Shown here in pieces: positions 39,127 to 48,594 of a DNA stretch of 64,000 nt. The first letter of the stretch is position 1, and every line of letters begins with the position of its first letter. The DNA comes from a virus (lineage: Duplodnaviria; Caudoviricetes), in the IMG/VR virus record IMGVR_UViG_3300020577_010931, positions 26,951 through 90,950 of that record, one strand, 5' to 3'. The notes beneath the pieces are model-generated. The model had not been told where the DNA came from and did no database searches. It saw nothing but the letters and a program-made list of their open reading frames with translations. The translations under genes were made by a program, and so were the position numbers.

Positions 39127-41679
39127 ATGTCCCAGGTCGCCGTCGATTATGCCGTCCCCGAAGACGGCCCGAGAACTCCTCAGGAGTTCGCGGGAGATAT
39201 CAACGAAATTCTTGCGGCCATTGTTTCTGTCCACAGCGGCACGACGGCTCCTCCGTCTCCTGTCACTGGAATGCAGTGGCTTGATACTTCAGGGTCTCCG
39301 TCGTGCCTCCTGAAGAGATATAACGGAACCACCTGGGTCATCGAGGTCGTTTTCAATACGACTTCCGGTTTCGGTCATCAGGTCGGTGGTGGTGGTGTCG
39401 CCACTCTGGCTTCGGCTGGAACCACGTCTCTCGGGACTGTCTTCTACGCCAGTATCAGTATCACTGGCACTACGACTATCACTTCGTTTGGTACCAGCGC
39501 CTATCCTGGCGAAATCAAATTCCTGACGTTTGCTGGCGCTCTGACTCTTACTCACAATGGTACTTCACTCATTATCCCGGGCGGAGCCAATATCACCACA
39601 GTCGCTGGTGACTGTGCCATTGTTCAGGATCTCGGTTCGAACAACTGGAAGGTCCTTGCCTATATTCCTCTGGGTTCCCCGAATCTCGTGGGTCTCCCCA
39701 CGGTAGCTTCGGCGACAACAACCAATCTTGGTTCGGTCGCAACTCAGGCTCTGATCGTCTCTGGTACCACGACTATCACCGGGTTCGGTACTGTCGCGGC
39801 TGGTACCATCAAGTTTGTGACGTTCTCGGGTGCTCTTCTTCTCACCCATAACGGCACATCTCTGATCATGCCGAACGGTGCCAACATCACCACGGTCGCG
39901 GGCGATGTTGGAATCTTTGAATCTCTGGGTTCGGGTAACTGGAGATGCCTGAACTATTTCAGTGCGATGACTCAGCTCGGCACGGGCCTCGGCTCCATCG
40001 CTTCTGCGTCTACAACCAATCTTGGGTCTCTGTCGAATCCTGCGATTTCAATTACTGGCACCACGACTATCACTAGTCTTGGTTCCACTGCTCCAGTAGG
40101 TACCGTCAAGTACGTGACCTTTGCTGGCGCTTTGACGTTGACCCATAACGGCACGAGCTTGATTCTTCCTGATGGTGTGAACATCACCACCGTCGCGGGC
40201 GATTCCATGATCGTGGAGTGCATCGCCTCTGGAAACTGGCGCGTGCTCTCGTACGAATATGTGAATCAGCAAATCTTTCGAGATTTCCAAACCATCGCTT
40301 CTGCGACGACCACCGATCTGGGATCTGTTTCAGCTTCGGCGATTACCATCAGCGGCACCACGACCATCACTGGTTTCGGTTCCACTGCTGCTGTCGGTGC
40401 GGTCAAGTTTGTCCACTTCTCTGGGGCTCTCACTCTCACTCACAACGGTACTTCTCTGATTCTTCATGGAGGTTCCAACATCACCACGGCGGCTGGTGAT
40501 ACCGCCGTCTTCATGCACGTGAGCTCGGGCAACTGGAGATGTCTCACCTGGACTCCCGCTGGTGCGACTGTAGAAACCGGCATTGGGACCATTGCCTCTG
40601 CGACGACTACTGATCTTGGATCCTCTCCGAGACAGTCTCTGAATATCACTGGCACAACTACGATTACTGGATTTGGTTCGTCAGCGGCGACTGGGTCGAT
40701 TCGCCTGCTGACGTTCGCCGGTATTCTCCAAATCACCTACAACGCCACCTCGATGATCACGCCCTTTGCGGCGAACATCACGACGGCGGCCGGTGATAGT
40801 GCGCTTGTTCAGCATCTGGGTTCCGGCAACTGGAAGATTCTGGTCTACCAGTCGGGATCGACCGTCGCCATTGCTGATGGATCCATTACCAATGCGAAGC
40901 TCGCTGATATGGCGACGCTTACGATTAAGGGAAACAATACCGGAGGCACGACCGCTCCCCTGGACCTGACTGCGTCCCAGGTGAGAACTCTTCTGGCGCT
41001 CGTTATTGGAACGAACGTCCAGGCTTGGGATGCGACGCTCGATAGCTTCGCGGCTCTGGCCGTGGTATCTGGTGACATCTTCTACGGGTCCGGTTCGAAT
41101 ACTGTCGGTCGTCTCGGTATCGGAACCAATGGATATTTTCTCACGGTAGTCAGCGGTCTTCCCGCCTGGGCTTCGTATCCAACGCTGGTCAGCCTTGAGG
41201 GTCTGTCTCTGGTTTCCGGTGATATCCTCTATGCGACTGCCGCGGATACTCTCGCTCGTCTTCCCAAGGGAACTGATGGGCAGATGCTCGAGCTCGCCTC
41301 TGGCATCCCGAGCTGGAAGAACCAGGAGGAAATCTACGGCTTCGCCATTTCTGACGAAGCTACTTCCATCACGACTGGCACAGCGAAACTGACGGTTCGT
41401 CCCTGGGCCTATGCGTTCACAATTACTTCTGTTCGCGCCTGCCTCTCGGTGGTGAGCACCTCTGGTATCCCAACTGTCGATATCAATGAGGCTGGTGTCA
41501 CCATCCTCTCCACCAAGCTGACGATTGATGCCAACGAGAAGACTTCAGTCACTGCTGCGACAGCGGCTGTGATTTCCGACGCTTCGATTGCTGCCGACGC
41601 TGAAATCACTTTTGATATCGACGTGGCAGGAACCGGCGCGAAAGGTCTGAAGGTCTTCATCACTGGAAGAAAGACCTAA
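39127..41679 (+). CDS. Side tail fibre 2 with five ~98-aa repeats
   Basis: N-terminal anchor homologous to 14753..15673; five repeats of IASA.TT.LG...ITGTTTIT.FG...LT.NGTSLI.P..NITT.AGD...GNW; C-terminal ISDE.T.ITTGTAK...GAKGLKV domain. Confidence 0.8.
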   Translation: MSQVAVDYAVPEDGPRTPQEFAGDINEILAAIVSVHSGTTAPPSPVTGMQWLDTSGSPSCLLKRYNGTTWVIEVVFNTTSGFGHQVGGGGVATLASAGTTSLGTVFYASISITGTTTITSFGTSAYPGEIKFLTFAGALTLTHNGTSLIIPGGANITTVAGDCAIVQDLGSNNWKVLAYIPLGSPNLVGLPTVASATTTNLGSVATQALIVSGTTTITGFGTVAAGTIKFVTFSGALLLTHNGTSLIMPNGANITTVAGDVGIFESLGSGNWRCLNYFSAMTQLGTGLGSIASASTTNLGSLSNPAISITGTTTITSLGSTAPVGTVKYVTFAGALTLTHNGTSLILPDGVNITTVAGDSMIVECIASGNWRVLSYEYVNQQIFRDFQTIASATTTDLGSVSASAITISGTTTITGFGSTAAVGAVKFVHFSGALTLTHNGTSLILHGGSNITTAAGDTAVFMHVSSGNWRCLTWTPAGATVETGIGTIASATTTDLGSSPRQSLNITGTTTITGFGSSAATGSIRLLTFAGILQITYNATSMITPFAANITTAAGDSALVQHLGSGNWKILVYQSGSTVAIADGSITNAKLADMATLTIKGNNTGGTTAPLDLTASQVRTLLALVIGTNVQAWDATLDSFAALAVVSGDIFYGSGSNTVGRLGIGTNGYFLTVVSGLPAWASYPTLVSLEGLSLVSGDILYATAADTLARLPKGTDGQMLELASGIPSWKNQEEIYGFAISDEATSITTGTAKLTVRPWAYAFTITSVRACLSVVSTSGIPTVDINEAGVTILSTKLTIDANEKTSVTAATAAVISDASIAADAEITFDIDVAGTGAKGLKVFITGRKT
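39397..40858 (+). repeat. Five tandem ~295-bp coding repeats
   Basis: Recurring CACAACGGCAC/TCACAATGGTAC and GGCAACTGG motifs; protein repeats are visible in the translation. Confidence 0.9.
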
Positions 41680-42347
41680 TGTCTAACTTCCTAATGAATC
41701 CATATGCGTTCGGAGGAGTCCTCCCTTCCGCTCGCTATCTCGGTAACGCTTTCAAAACAGGCGCGACTACTCATAATCTTTCTGTTGATTTCGATACAAA
41801 TGGTGGAGATATCAATCTTCTCATTATTTCAATGGCTGGTATCAATAGAGATGTCAGCTCTGTCATTATTGATCCCTCAGGAGCGAACGTCTCGTGCTCA
41901 AAAGAAGCTGAGACGAACACAGGTACTGATTTCGATCTTCTCGAAATCTGGAAAGCCGTCGGCTATGCCGGCACCGGAGTCAAGACTGTCCGAGTGACTC
42001 TGTCTGGCAGTGGAGATGTCGGTGTCGAAGCCTATGCTGTTTATGATTTGGTGTCTACAACGAAAACGGATAGCGGATTCCAGGGATCTGTGTCGGCGAC
42101 AAGTGCTTCTTGTTCTCTCGATGTCTCTGCTGGAGGTGTCATCATTGCTGGAATTTGTAAGACCGGAACATCCAATATTTCCATGACAAACGTAACCGAG
42201 GATACTGGCGGTGAACAGCAGTACTCGGGAACGAAGAGAATGACCGCGGGCTGGGCTTCATTCCCGGCCGGAGCTACCGGACAATCTGTTTCCGCTTCTT
42301 GGACTACGGCCGACAATGGTCGTATGGCCGCCGTCAGCTACAGGTGA
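41679..42347 (+). CDS. Fibre-associated protein (possible fibre tip / receptor-binding module)
   Basis: Translationally coupled to fibre 2; MSNFLMNPYAF N-terminal peptide followed by a beta-rich domain. Confidence 0.5.
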   Translation: MSNFLMNPYAFGGVLPSARYLGNAFKTGATTHNLSVDFDTNGGDINLLIISMAGINRDVSSVIIDPSGANVSCSKEAETNTGTDFDLLEIWKAVGYAGTGVKTVRVTLSGSGDVGVEAYAVYDLVSTTKTDSGFQGSVSATSASCSLDVSAGGVIIAGICKTGTSNISMTNVTEDTGGEQQYSGTKRMTAGWASFPAGATGQSVSASWTTADNGRMAAVSYR

Positions 42348-42351
42348 TAGA

Positions 42352-42987
42352 ATGCTCATCGTTCGAAAGACCAATGCCGGAACTTACGTCGAACTCGGAC
42401 CCGACGATTCTCTCTTTGAGCTCGTCTCTACGACGGCCAATGTTCTCAAAGAAGAATTGAACGACGGGCAGATCGTCCGGTCGACAATTCCTGTTCAGAC
42501 GACGATTGTCGATCGTCACGATTGGAATTGGGCTCGTCAGACGGATGATGAGACTCTCGCCTCTCTGGGATACTGGAAGCTGAATCAGATCGACGCTCCT
42601 CCCGGGAAGCGACAGATCGACTACACCATCGAGGATGACAATGGTGTTCCGATTCTCGTTCCAGAGTACGAAGACATCCCGGAGACTCCGGAACCGACAC
42701 CTCCGATCAAGCCTATTTCCTTCAGGCAGTTCATTCTTCAGCTTCTCGCTGATGGAAAGATCACGGCTGACGAAGCAATCGCGGCCGCCGAGAACAGAAC
42801 CATGCCTGCGACAATCTCGGCTGTCTTTTCGTCTCTGCCGCAGGAGCAGCAGGTGCCTGCTCGAATCACCTGGGCCACGATGGGTCAGGTCGACAGAATC
42901 AATCCCTTGACCGATCTGGTCGCGGCGGCCCACCAGATGGATACCGAGGCGACAGATCTGTTCTTCAGGAATGCTATCAGACTGTAA
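42352..42987 (+). CDS. Fibre-associated hypothetical protein
   Basis: Last gene of fibre cassette 2; C-terminal IS.RQF.LQL....RINPL...A......D..F domain, seen in tail-associated proteins. Confidence 0.5.
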   Translation: MLIVRKTNAGTYVELGPDDSLFELVSTTANVLKEELNDGQIVRSTIPVQTTIVDRHDWNWARQTDDETLASLGYWKLNQIDAPPGKRQIDYTIEDDNGVPILVPEYEDIPETPEPTPPIKPISFRQFILQLLADGKITADEAIAAAENRTMPATISAVFSSLPQEQQVPARITWATMGQVDRINPLTDLVAAAHQMDTEATDLFFRNAIRL

Positions 42988-43045
42988 TCAACTCAGAAAG
43001 TCCTTTCGAAACAATCACTTAGCTTCGCTCGGTTAAAATTCGAGG

Positions 43046-43074
43046 TTGCATCTCGCGAGCAGCGGGTATAGCCT
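43046..43074 (+). promoter_or_regulatory. Putative sigma70 promoter for nrdAB
   Basis: TTGCAT-N17-TAGCCT. Confidence 0.45.
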
Positions 43075-43110
43075 TAAAGGTCCAAGCCTGCTATCTAGGG
43101 ATGCCACCCA

Positions 43111-44886
43111 ATGGATTGCGCTGTTCCGGCCGTGATGGCCACCGACGTTGTCGTTGACTATAGCCGGGACTCGCTCCTGACTGATTTCGGCATCGAGACT
43201 CTGAGGGATCGCTATCTGATTCCGGGAGAAGTCTCTCCTCAGGATGCTTTTGCTCGTGCAGCGAAGGCTTTCTCTGACGATGCCGCCATGGCCCAGAGGA
43301 TCTACGACTATGCGTCGAAGCTCTGGTTCATGTACGCGACACCAATTCTATCCAATGGAGGAACCAAGAGAGGGTTCCCCATTTCATGTTTCCTTGGTAC
43401 CGTAGGTGATTCCCGAGAGGGAATCATTTCTCATTATGAGGAGAACGCTTGGCTCTCCTCAATTGGTGGAGGCACCTCGGGAGACTGGTCTCAGGTTCGC
43501 TCCAACGATATGCCGACCAAGTACGGCTCGAAGTCCTCTGGGATCATCCCCTTCATCCATGCTCAGGATGGGATGGTACTTGCCTTCTCGCAGGGAACGA
43601 CTCGCCGAGGATCGTATGCGGCTTACCTCGATATCTCGCATCCAGAGATTGAGGAATTCATTACCATCTGCAAGTCCTCGGGCGGCGACATCAATCGCAA
43701 GGCTCCAAATTCGCATAACGCGGTGAACATCACCGATGATTTCATGGAGATCATCGAGAAGTGTCTCCGTGATCCGTACGCCAACGACGCATGGCCTCTG
43801 GTCGATCCTCACTCCAAGGAGGTTCGCAAGGTCGTTTCGGCGAAGAAGCTGTGGGAATCCATCATGGAGACCCGCATGGCGACCGGTGAGCCTTTCATCG
43901 TTTTCATCGACACTGCGAATCGTGGGCTCCCCAAGGCTCTTCGTGACAAGGGTCTTCGTATTCGTCAGTCGAATCTCTGCACAGAGATCATGCTGCCGAC
44001 AGACGTGGACCGCACGGCGGTCTGCTGCCTGAGTTCAGTCAACTTCGAGACCTATGATGACTGGAAGGATCATCCTCAGTTCATCTCTGATCTCGTCCGT
44101 TTCCTGGACAACGTTCTCACCTACTTCATTGCGAACGCACCGAAGGCCCTGGGCCGTACGGTCAAATCTGCAGCCAAAGAACGTTCCATCGGCATCGGCG
44201 CCATGGGCTTCCACAGCTATCTCCAGATGAAGGGCATTCCCTTCGAAGGAGCTCTCGCTTCCTCGATCAATCGCAAGATGTTCCGAGGCATCAAGGAGAA
44301 GGCTCTTGAGGAAACGAAGCGTCTGGCCGTCGAACGAGGTGAGCCTGAAGACTTGGCCGGTTCTGGCGTTCGCAATGCTCATCTTCTGGCTATTGCCCCG
44401 AACGCAAGCTCGTCCATCGTCTGTGGTAACACGAGCCCGAGCATCGAACCGTTCCGAGCCAACGCTTTCACCCAGAAGACTCTGAGCGGCACCTCTCTCA
44501 TGAAGAACCGTCATCTTGAGACGGTCCTTGAGTCCCTGGGCTACAACACGACCGAGGTCTGGAAATCCATCGTTGAGAACCGTGGATCGGTCCGTCACCT
44601 CGATTTCCTGGATGATTACACGAAGGATGTCTTCAAGACCTCCATCGAGATCGACCAAGAATGGATCATCGATCACGCTGCCTCGAGACAGGAGTATATC
44701 TGTCAGGCTCAGTCGGTGAATCTGTTCTTCGCTGGCAATGCACACAAGCTCGAAGTGACCACTGCTCACTTCCTGGCCTGGAAGAAGGGACTCAAGTCCC
44801 TTTATTATTGCCGATCGGAAGCCATCAATCGTGCCGAAGTTGCGAAAAGCATCGACGGAAAGACCTGCCTTAGCTGCGAAGGTTGA
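43111..44886 (+). CDS. nrdA: Ribonucleotide reductase class Ia alpha subunit (short form)
   Basis: ATPILSNGG...PISCF; GGGT; QSNLCTEI; VCCLSS; AIAPNASSS; QAQSVN; KSLYYCR; C-terminal CLSCEG. Confidence 0.95.
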   Translation: MDCAVPAVMATDVVVDYSRDSLLTDFGIETLRDRYLIPGEVSPQDAFARAAKAFSDDAAMAQRIYDYASKLWFMYATPILSNGGTKRGFPISCFLGTVGDSREGIISHYEENAWLSSIGGGTSGDWSQVRSNDMPTKYGSKSSGIIPFIHAQDGMVLAFSQGTTRRGSYAAYLDISHPEIEEFITICKSSGGDINRKAPNSHNAVNITDDFMEIIEKCLRDPYANDAWPLVDPHSKEVRKVVSAKKLWESIMETRMATGEPFIVFIDTANRGLPKALRDKGLRIRQSNLCTEIMLPTDVDRTAVCCLSSVNFETYDDWKDHPQFISDLVRFLDNVLTYFIANAPKALGRTVKSAAKERSIGIGAMGFHSYLQMKGIPFEGALASSINRKMFRGIKEKALEETKRLAVERGEPEDLAGSGVRNAHLLAIAPNASSSIVCGNTSPSIEPFRANAFTQKTLSGTSLMKNRHLETVLESLGYNTTEVWKSIVENRGSVRHLDFLDDYTKDVFKTSIEIDQEWIIDHAASRQEYICQAQSVNLFFAGNAHKLEVTTAHFLAWKKGLKSLYYCRSEAINRAEVAKSIDGKTCLSCEG

Positions 44887-44887
44887 G

Positions 44888-45889
44888 ATGTCTCAAGTTC
44901 TCGGACATAGAGAATTCTACAAGCCCTTCCTCTACGATTGGGCGTATCGCTTCTACCAGAAGCAGCATCAGATGCACTGGCTTCCCAGCGAAGTGTCTCT
45001 GAGCGAAGATATCAAAGACTGGAATTTCAAGCTCACTGCGGAGGAGAGAAATCTCCTCACGCAGATCTTCCGCTTCTTTACCCAGGCGGATATCGACATC
45101 GCCCAGGGATATCACGATTACTACATCCCGAAGTTCCGTCATCCTGAGCTGAGAATGATGCTCTCGGCGTTCGCTGGAATGGAGGCGATTCACATCGAGG
45201 CGTATAGTCTTCTTCTCGACACAATCGGTATGCCTGAGTCTGAGTATCTCGCGTTCCAGGAATACAAGGACATGCGGGACAAACATGAATATCTGTTTCG
45301 CGAACGAACTCAATTCAAGCATCCAACAGAAGAACTGATGTATAACATCGCAACCTTCTCCGCGTTTGGAGAAGGGATGCAGCTATTCAGCAGTTTCGCG
45401 ATGCTGATGAATTTTCCACGTCACAATTCTATGAAGGGTATGGGTCAAATCATTACCTGGAGCATCAGAGATGAAAGTCTCCATGTCGAAGGAATGATGA
45501 AACTTTACAAGACTCTCAAGCACGAGAATCCGACTCACTATACTCCAGACGTGGTTCGTGCCATTCTGGATTCGTGCATGGAGATGGTCCGTCTAGAGGA
45601 CCGATTCATCGAGCTTGCCTTCGGAATGGGAGACGTCAAGGGTCTTACCCAGGAAGAAGTGAAGCAGTATGTTCGCTTCGTTGCGAATCACCGTCTGTCG
45701 CAGCTCGAACTTCCTGCACTCTACGACGTGAAGGAACATCCTCTTCCTTGGCTGGTCTGGATGACTGCTGCGGTGGAGCACACGAACTTCTTCGAGAATC
45801 GTGCCACCGAATACGTCAAGGGAGGAATGACCGGCTCCTGGGAAGACGTCTGGGGCCAAGCGGCGCGGCGGCCGGTAGCTGCCGAGTAG
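44888..45889 (+). CDS. nrdB: Ribonucleotide reductase class Ia beta subunit
   Basis: HWLPSEV...D..DW; FFTQADIDI; MEAIHIEAY; EGMQLFSSF; SIRDESLH; NFFENRATEY. Confidence 0.95.
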   Translation: MSQVLGHREFYKPFLYDWAYRFYQKQHQMHWLPSEVSLSEDIKDWNFKLTAEERNLLTQIFRFFTQADIDIAQGYHDYYIPKFRHPELRMMLSAFAGMEAIHIEAYSLLLDTIGMPESEYLAFQEYKDMRDKHEYLFRERTQFKHPTEELMYNIATFSAFGEGMQLFSSFAMLMNFPRHNSMKGMGQIITWSIRDESLHVEGMMKLYKTLKHENPTHYTPDVVRAILDSCMEMVRLEDRFIELAFGMGDVKGLTQEEVKQYVRFVANHRLSQLELPALYDVKEHPLPWLVWMTAAVEHTNFFENRATEYVKGGMTGSWEDVWGQAARRPVAAE

Positions 45890-46007
45890 GTTTTACGACC
45901 CCTAGCGTGCTCCGTGGAGGCTATCGTACAGGCGGCCGGTACCGGGGCAAGGCCCGCCGCCGCACCGTCCTACAGAGCTCCCAAACAAGTCTAACGTGGA
46001 GGTCTAA

Positions 46008-46475
46008 ATGCCTGGCACCTATCCTCCAATTCCGTATTGGATGCGAATCATCGCCGGAAAATGTACTCAGGTTGAGTATGCCGGCACGGCCAACAATCCT
46101 TTCATCATGTCTCTGTGGAAGAGACTCGGGGTGAATCCCAAGAATGATGAAGGTCTCGAGTGGTGCGCCGCCGGAGCCGACTGGCTCCTGGAAGAGGCGG
46201 GCCTTCCGTTCCCAAGCCAGACTCTCTCGGACAAGAGACAGGCGGCCTTCCCGGCTACCTATCGAACTGTCGGACGTCAGTGCAATCCCATTGTGGGTGC
46301 GATCGCTGTCAAGAAGGCGAATGCTCACGTGACGTTCATTCTGGGAATCGAAGACGGCTGGTTCCTCTCCCTAGGATTCAACCAGGGTCATCGAGTCGGT
46401 CCTGGAATGGCGAAGATTTCTGACTTCGACGCCTTCCGCTGGCCGGACCCGGATGGGTCCATTCCCTCAGTCTGA
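46008..46475 (+). CDS. TIGR02594-like NlpC/P60 cell-wall hydrolase
   Basis: PYWM.IIAG.......G..NNP.I..LW......NDE..WCAA...W.LE.AG; GAIAV......HVTF......LGFNQG. Confidence 0.7.
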   Translation: MPGTYPPIPYWMRIIAGKCTQVEYAGTANNPFIMSLWKRLGVNPKNDEGLEWCAAGADWLLEEAGLPFPSQTLSDKRQAAFPATYRTVGRQCNPIVGAIAVKKANAHVTFILGIEDGWFLSLGFNQGHRVGPGMAKISDFDAFRWPDPDGSIPSV

Positions 46476-46479
46476 ATCG

Positions 46480-46935
46480 TTAAGGACGACGCAGAAATTC
46501 GATGATATCGAATTCCATAAGCCGTCGTCCAATCCTATCGGTCTTCCAGTAAGCAGCTTTGATATTGCGAAGGTCTCTCTCAAAGAGAAAATCGTTCTGC
46601 TCTCCTCCCTTCTTTTCCAAATTCTTTCTTCGCTCCTGTACTTTCACGGATTCACTATTCCGATCCCAGGCAATAACCTCATCAGCATTCGGCCAACGAC
46701 GCAGATATCGTATCGAATTCAGCATAATCTGCTTCGTCTCTTCATTCCTATCAATCTGGTAGACGTTCCCTGCCTCCGCGTGAGGGAACGCCTTCTTGCT
46801 GTAAATCAATTCAAGAGAATCTCGTTCTCCGTTCTCTTTAATGAGATAGAAACCCTTACCGAGCTTCCCATCGGTCAACATGACCAGACCGAAGCAGACT
46901 ACTTCAACGAGAGCCATTGTGTCCTCATGGGTCAA
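46480..46935 (-). CDS. Hypothetical protein
   Basis: Clean ORF, coupled to the GHKL gene. Confidence 0.6.
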   Translation of the reverse strand: MTHEDTMALVEVVCFGLVMLTDGKLGKGFYLIKENGERDSLELIYSKKAFPHAEAGNVYQIDRNEETKQIMLNSIRYLRRWPNADEVIAWDRNSESVKVQERRKNLEKKGGEQNDFLFERDLRNIKAAYWKTDRIGRRLMEFDIIEFLRRP

Positions 46936-48500
46936 AGACGATAGTTGACCATATCCGAATGGACTGCTGCTTCATCGTATCGGCTATCGATCTTGGTCTG
47001 GAGACCGGCAAAATCCTCGTTGTGTAGATCGTAGGCGATATGTGCTACTTCATGTTTCGCCACAGCCATCAGGAATTTCCGATCCATACGATTGTCCATG
47101 TGGAATCGTTCCTTGGCGTCATCCAGAGGATTCAACATGACCGCGTTGATTGTATCTCCGTCTCTGTAAACCGTCTTCATTTCACCATAGACCGGTCGAC
47201 CTGATGAGAAGCCCGCCATCCAGTGGACGTTTTCCTTTCGCTCTTCCGCGTAGATTTTGATAGCGGCTTCGACAGCGATTCGCCAGCAGAAATAGAGATT
47301 CACTGCTCGCTTTGTATCTCGACTCCAGATCAGTTCCCTGCTCTTGATAGTGAACTTCCAGGTCTTCGGATCGAACATCTGGAAATTCCTGGCCTCTTCA
47401 TCGGTCGGCGAATAGAGACAGATTGGAATATCCGGGAGAAATTCTCCGGCCTTGAATTCTGAATTTTCCATCTCTTTTACGAAACTGAAGGGATTGACAG
47501 GAGACCCAGGCTTCTGAACTACATCCAATCCAGAGCTTTTCCTTATCAGATCTCTCAAATCGGCACCATTCTCAGGAAGACGAGTCTTCATGTGAATCTT
47601 TTCTTCCAGAGATGTTCTCTGGGTGAATACGCCGCGCCCGCGATAGATAGTGTCGAGAGAAGTGTATTTCGGCCCTTCGTATTGCCTCTCCGTCGACATC
47701 TTCGTCTGGATTCGAGAGAAGACAGCATCGTAATCAGGATGAAGCTGATCACGACTAGCAGTCAAAGCTGACCGGGAAAACGCTGGGTCTATATCGGCAA
47801 TGAGACAGTCCTTTGATCCGCTCACATATCGTGTTGACATATAGACGCCGTTCACGTAGACATGAAGGCCGCTGCCGATCCCTGGGCCGGTTCTCCTTTT
47901 CAGAGTACCGAAGATCATTCCATTGAGCGTGAGATCCTCAATATATTCGTAGGCAACATCAGGATTGCGATCGATACTCTCGACCTGAGCCCCGCTGATA
48001 TAGACTCTCAAATTCTGAAGACGACACTTCCCCAGGAAACCGAGAGCCGTGTGAGCCAGTCTCGCAGGACTCGGTCCCGTGGACCATAGGACTTGGCGAC
48101 ATCCTTTCCGATACGGCTGGTCCCCGAAGATTTCGTACTGAGCACCAGACCCCATGACAAGAAATTCGTTAGTTCGAATTTCGTACTTGTCCATGGCGAA
48201 ATTGGTGAGAATTCGAGCTCGGCCGAATCCTCCAACCTGATTTCCGTCTCTGGCTTTCGTGGTTTCGCCGAGCTTGAAATAGACGTTCTCGAGAACGTCT
48301 CTGGTCATACCGGAACCATCGTCATCGAAGATGATGACCGCCTGTTCATCACCGAGAACTTTCACTTCGACGAGCACTTCTTGTGCTCCGGCGTCCAGGC
48401 TGTTCTGGAGAAGCTCTCGGAACAGAGCCATCGTCCAGTCGCCGTAGATCTGGGCACGTTCCTTCTTGAAGAAACTGTGAGGGATTTCGACGATTGGCAT
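46932..48500 (-). CDS. GHKL (HATPase_c) ATPase with a C-terminal HEXXH motif
   Basis: RELLQNSLDAGA; DDDGSGMT; GETTK; GGFGRAR; AKHEVAH near the C-terminus. Confidence 0.75.
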   Translation of the reverse strand: MPIVEIPHSFFKKERAQIYGDWTMALFRELLQNSLDAGAQEVLVEVKVLGDEQAVIIFDDDGSGMTRDVLENVYFKLGETTKARDGNQVGGFGRARILTNFAMDKYEIRTNEFLVMGSGAQYEIFGDQPYRKGCRQVLWSTGPSPARLAHTALGFLGKCRLQNLRVYISGAQVESIDRNPDVAYEYIEDLTLNGMIFGTLKRRTGPGIGSGLHVYVNGVYMSTRYVSGSKDCLIADIDPAFSRSALTASRDQLHPDYDAVFSRIQTKMSTERQYEGPKYTSLDTIYRGRGVFTQRTSLEEKIHMKTRLPENGADLRDLIRKSSGLDVVQKPGSPVNPFSFVKEMENSEFKAGEFLPDIPICLYSPTDEEARNFQMFDPKTWKFTIKSRELIWSRDTKRAVNLYFCWRIAVEAAIKIYAEERKENVHWMAGFSSGRPVYGEMKTVYRDGDTINAVMLNPLDDAKERFHMDNRMDRKFLMAVAKHEVAHIAYDLHNEDFAGLQTKIDSRYDEAAVHSDMVNYRL

Positions 48501-48594
48501 AGGAGCACCTGGACGCTAGTGGTATTCTAATGTAACACATGCGAAAGTCCCGCCCAAACTCACACTGTTCGGGCGGGAGAAACGCTTGCTGGTC

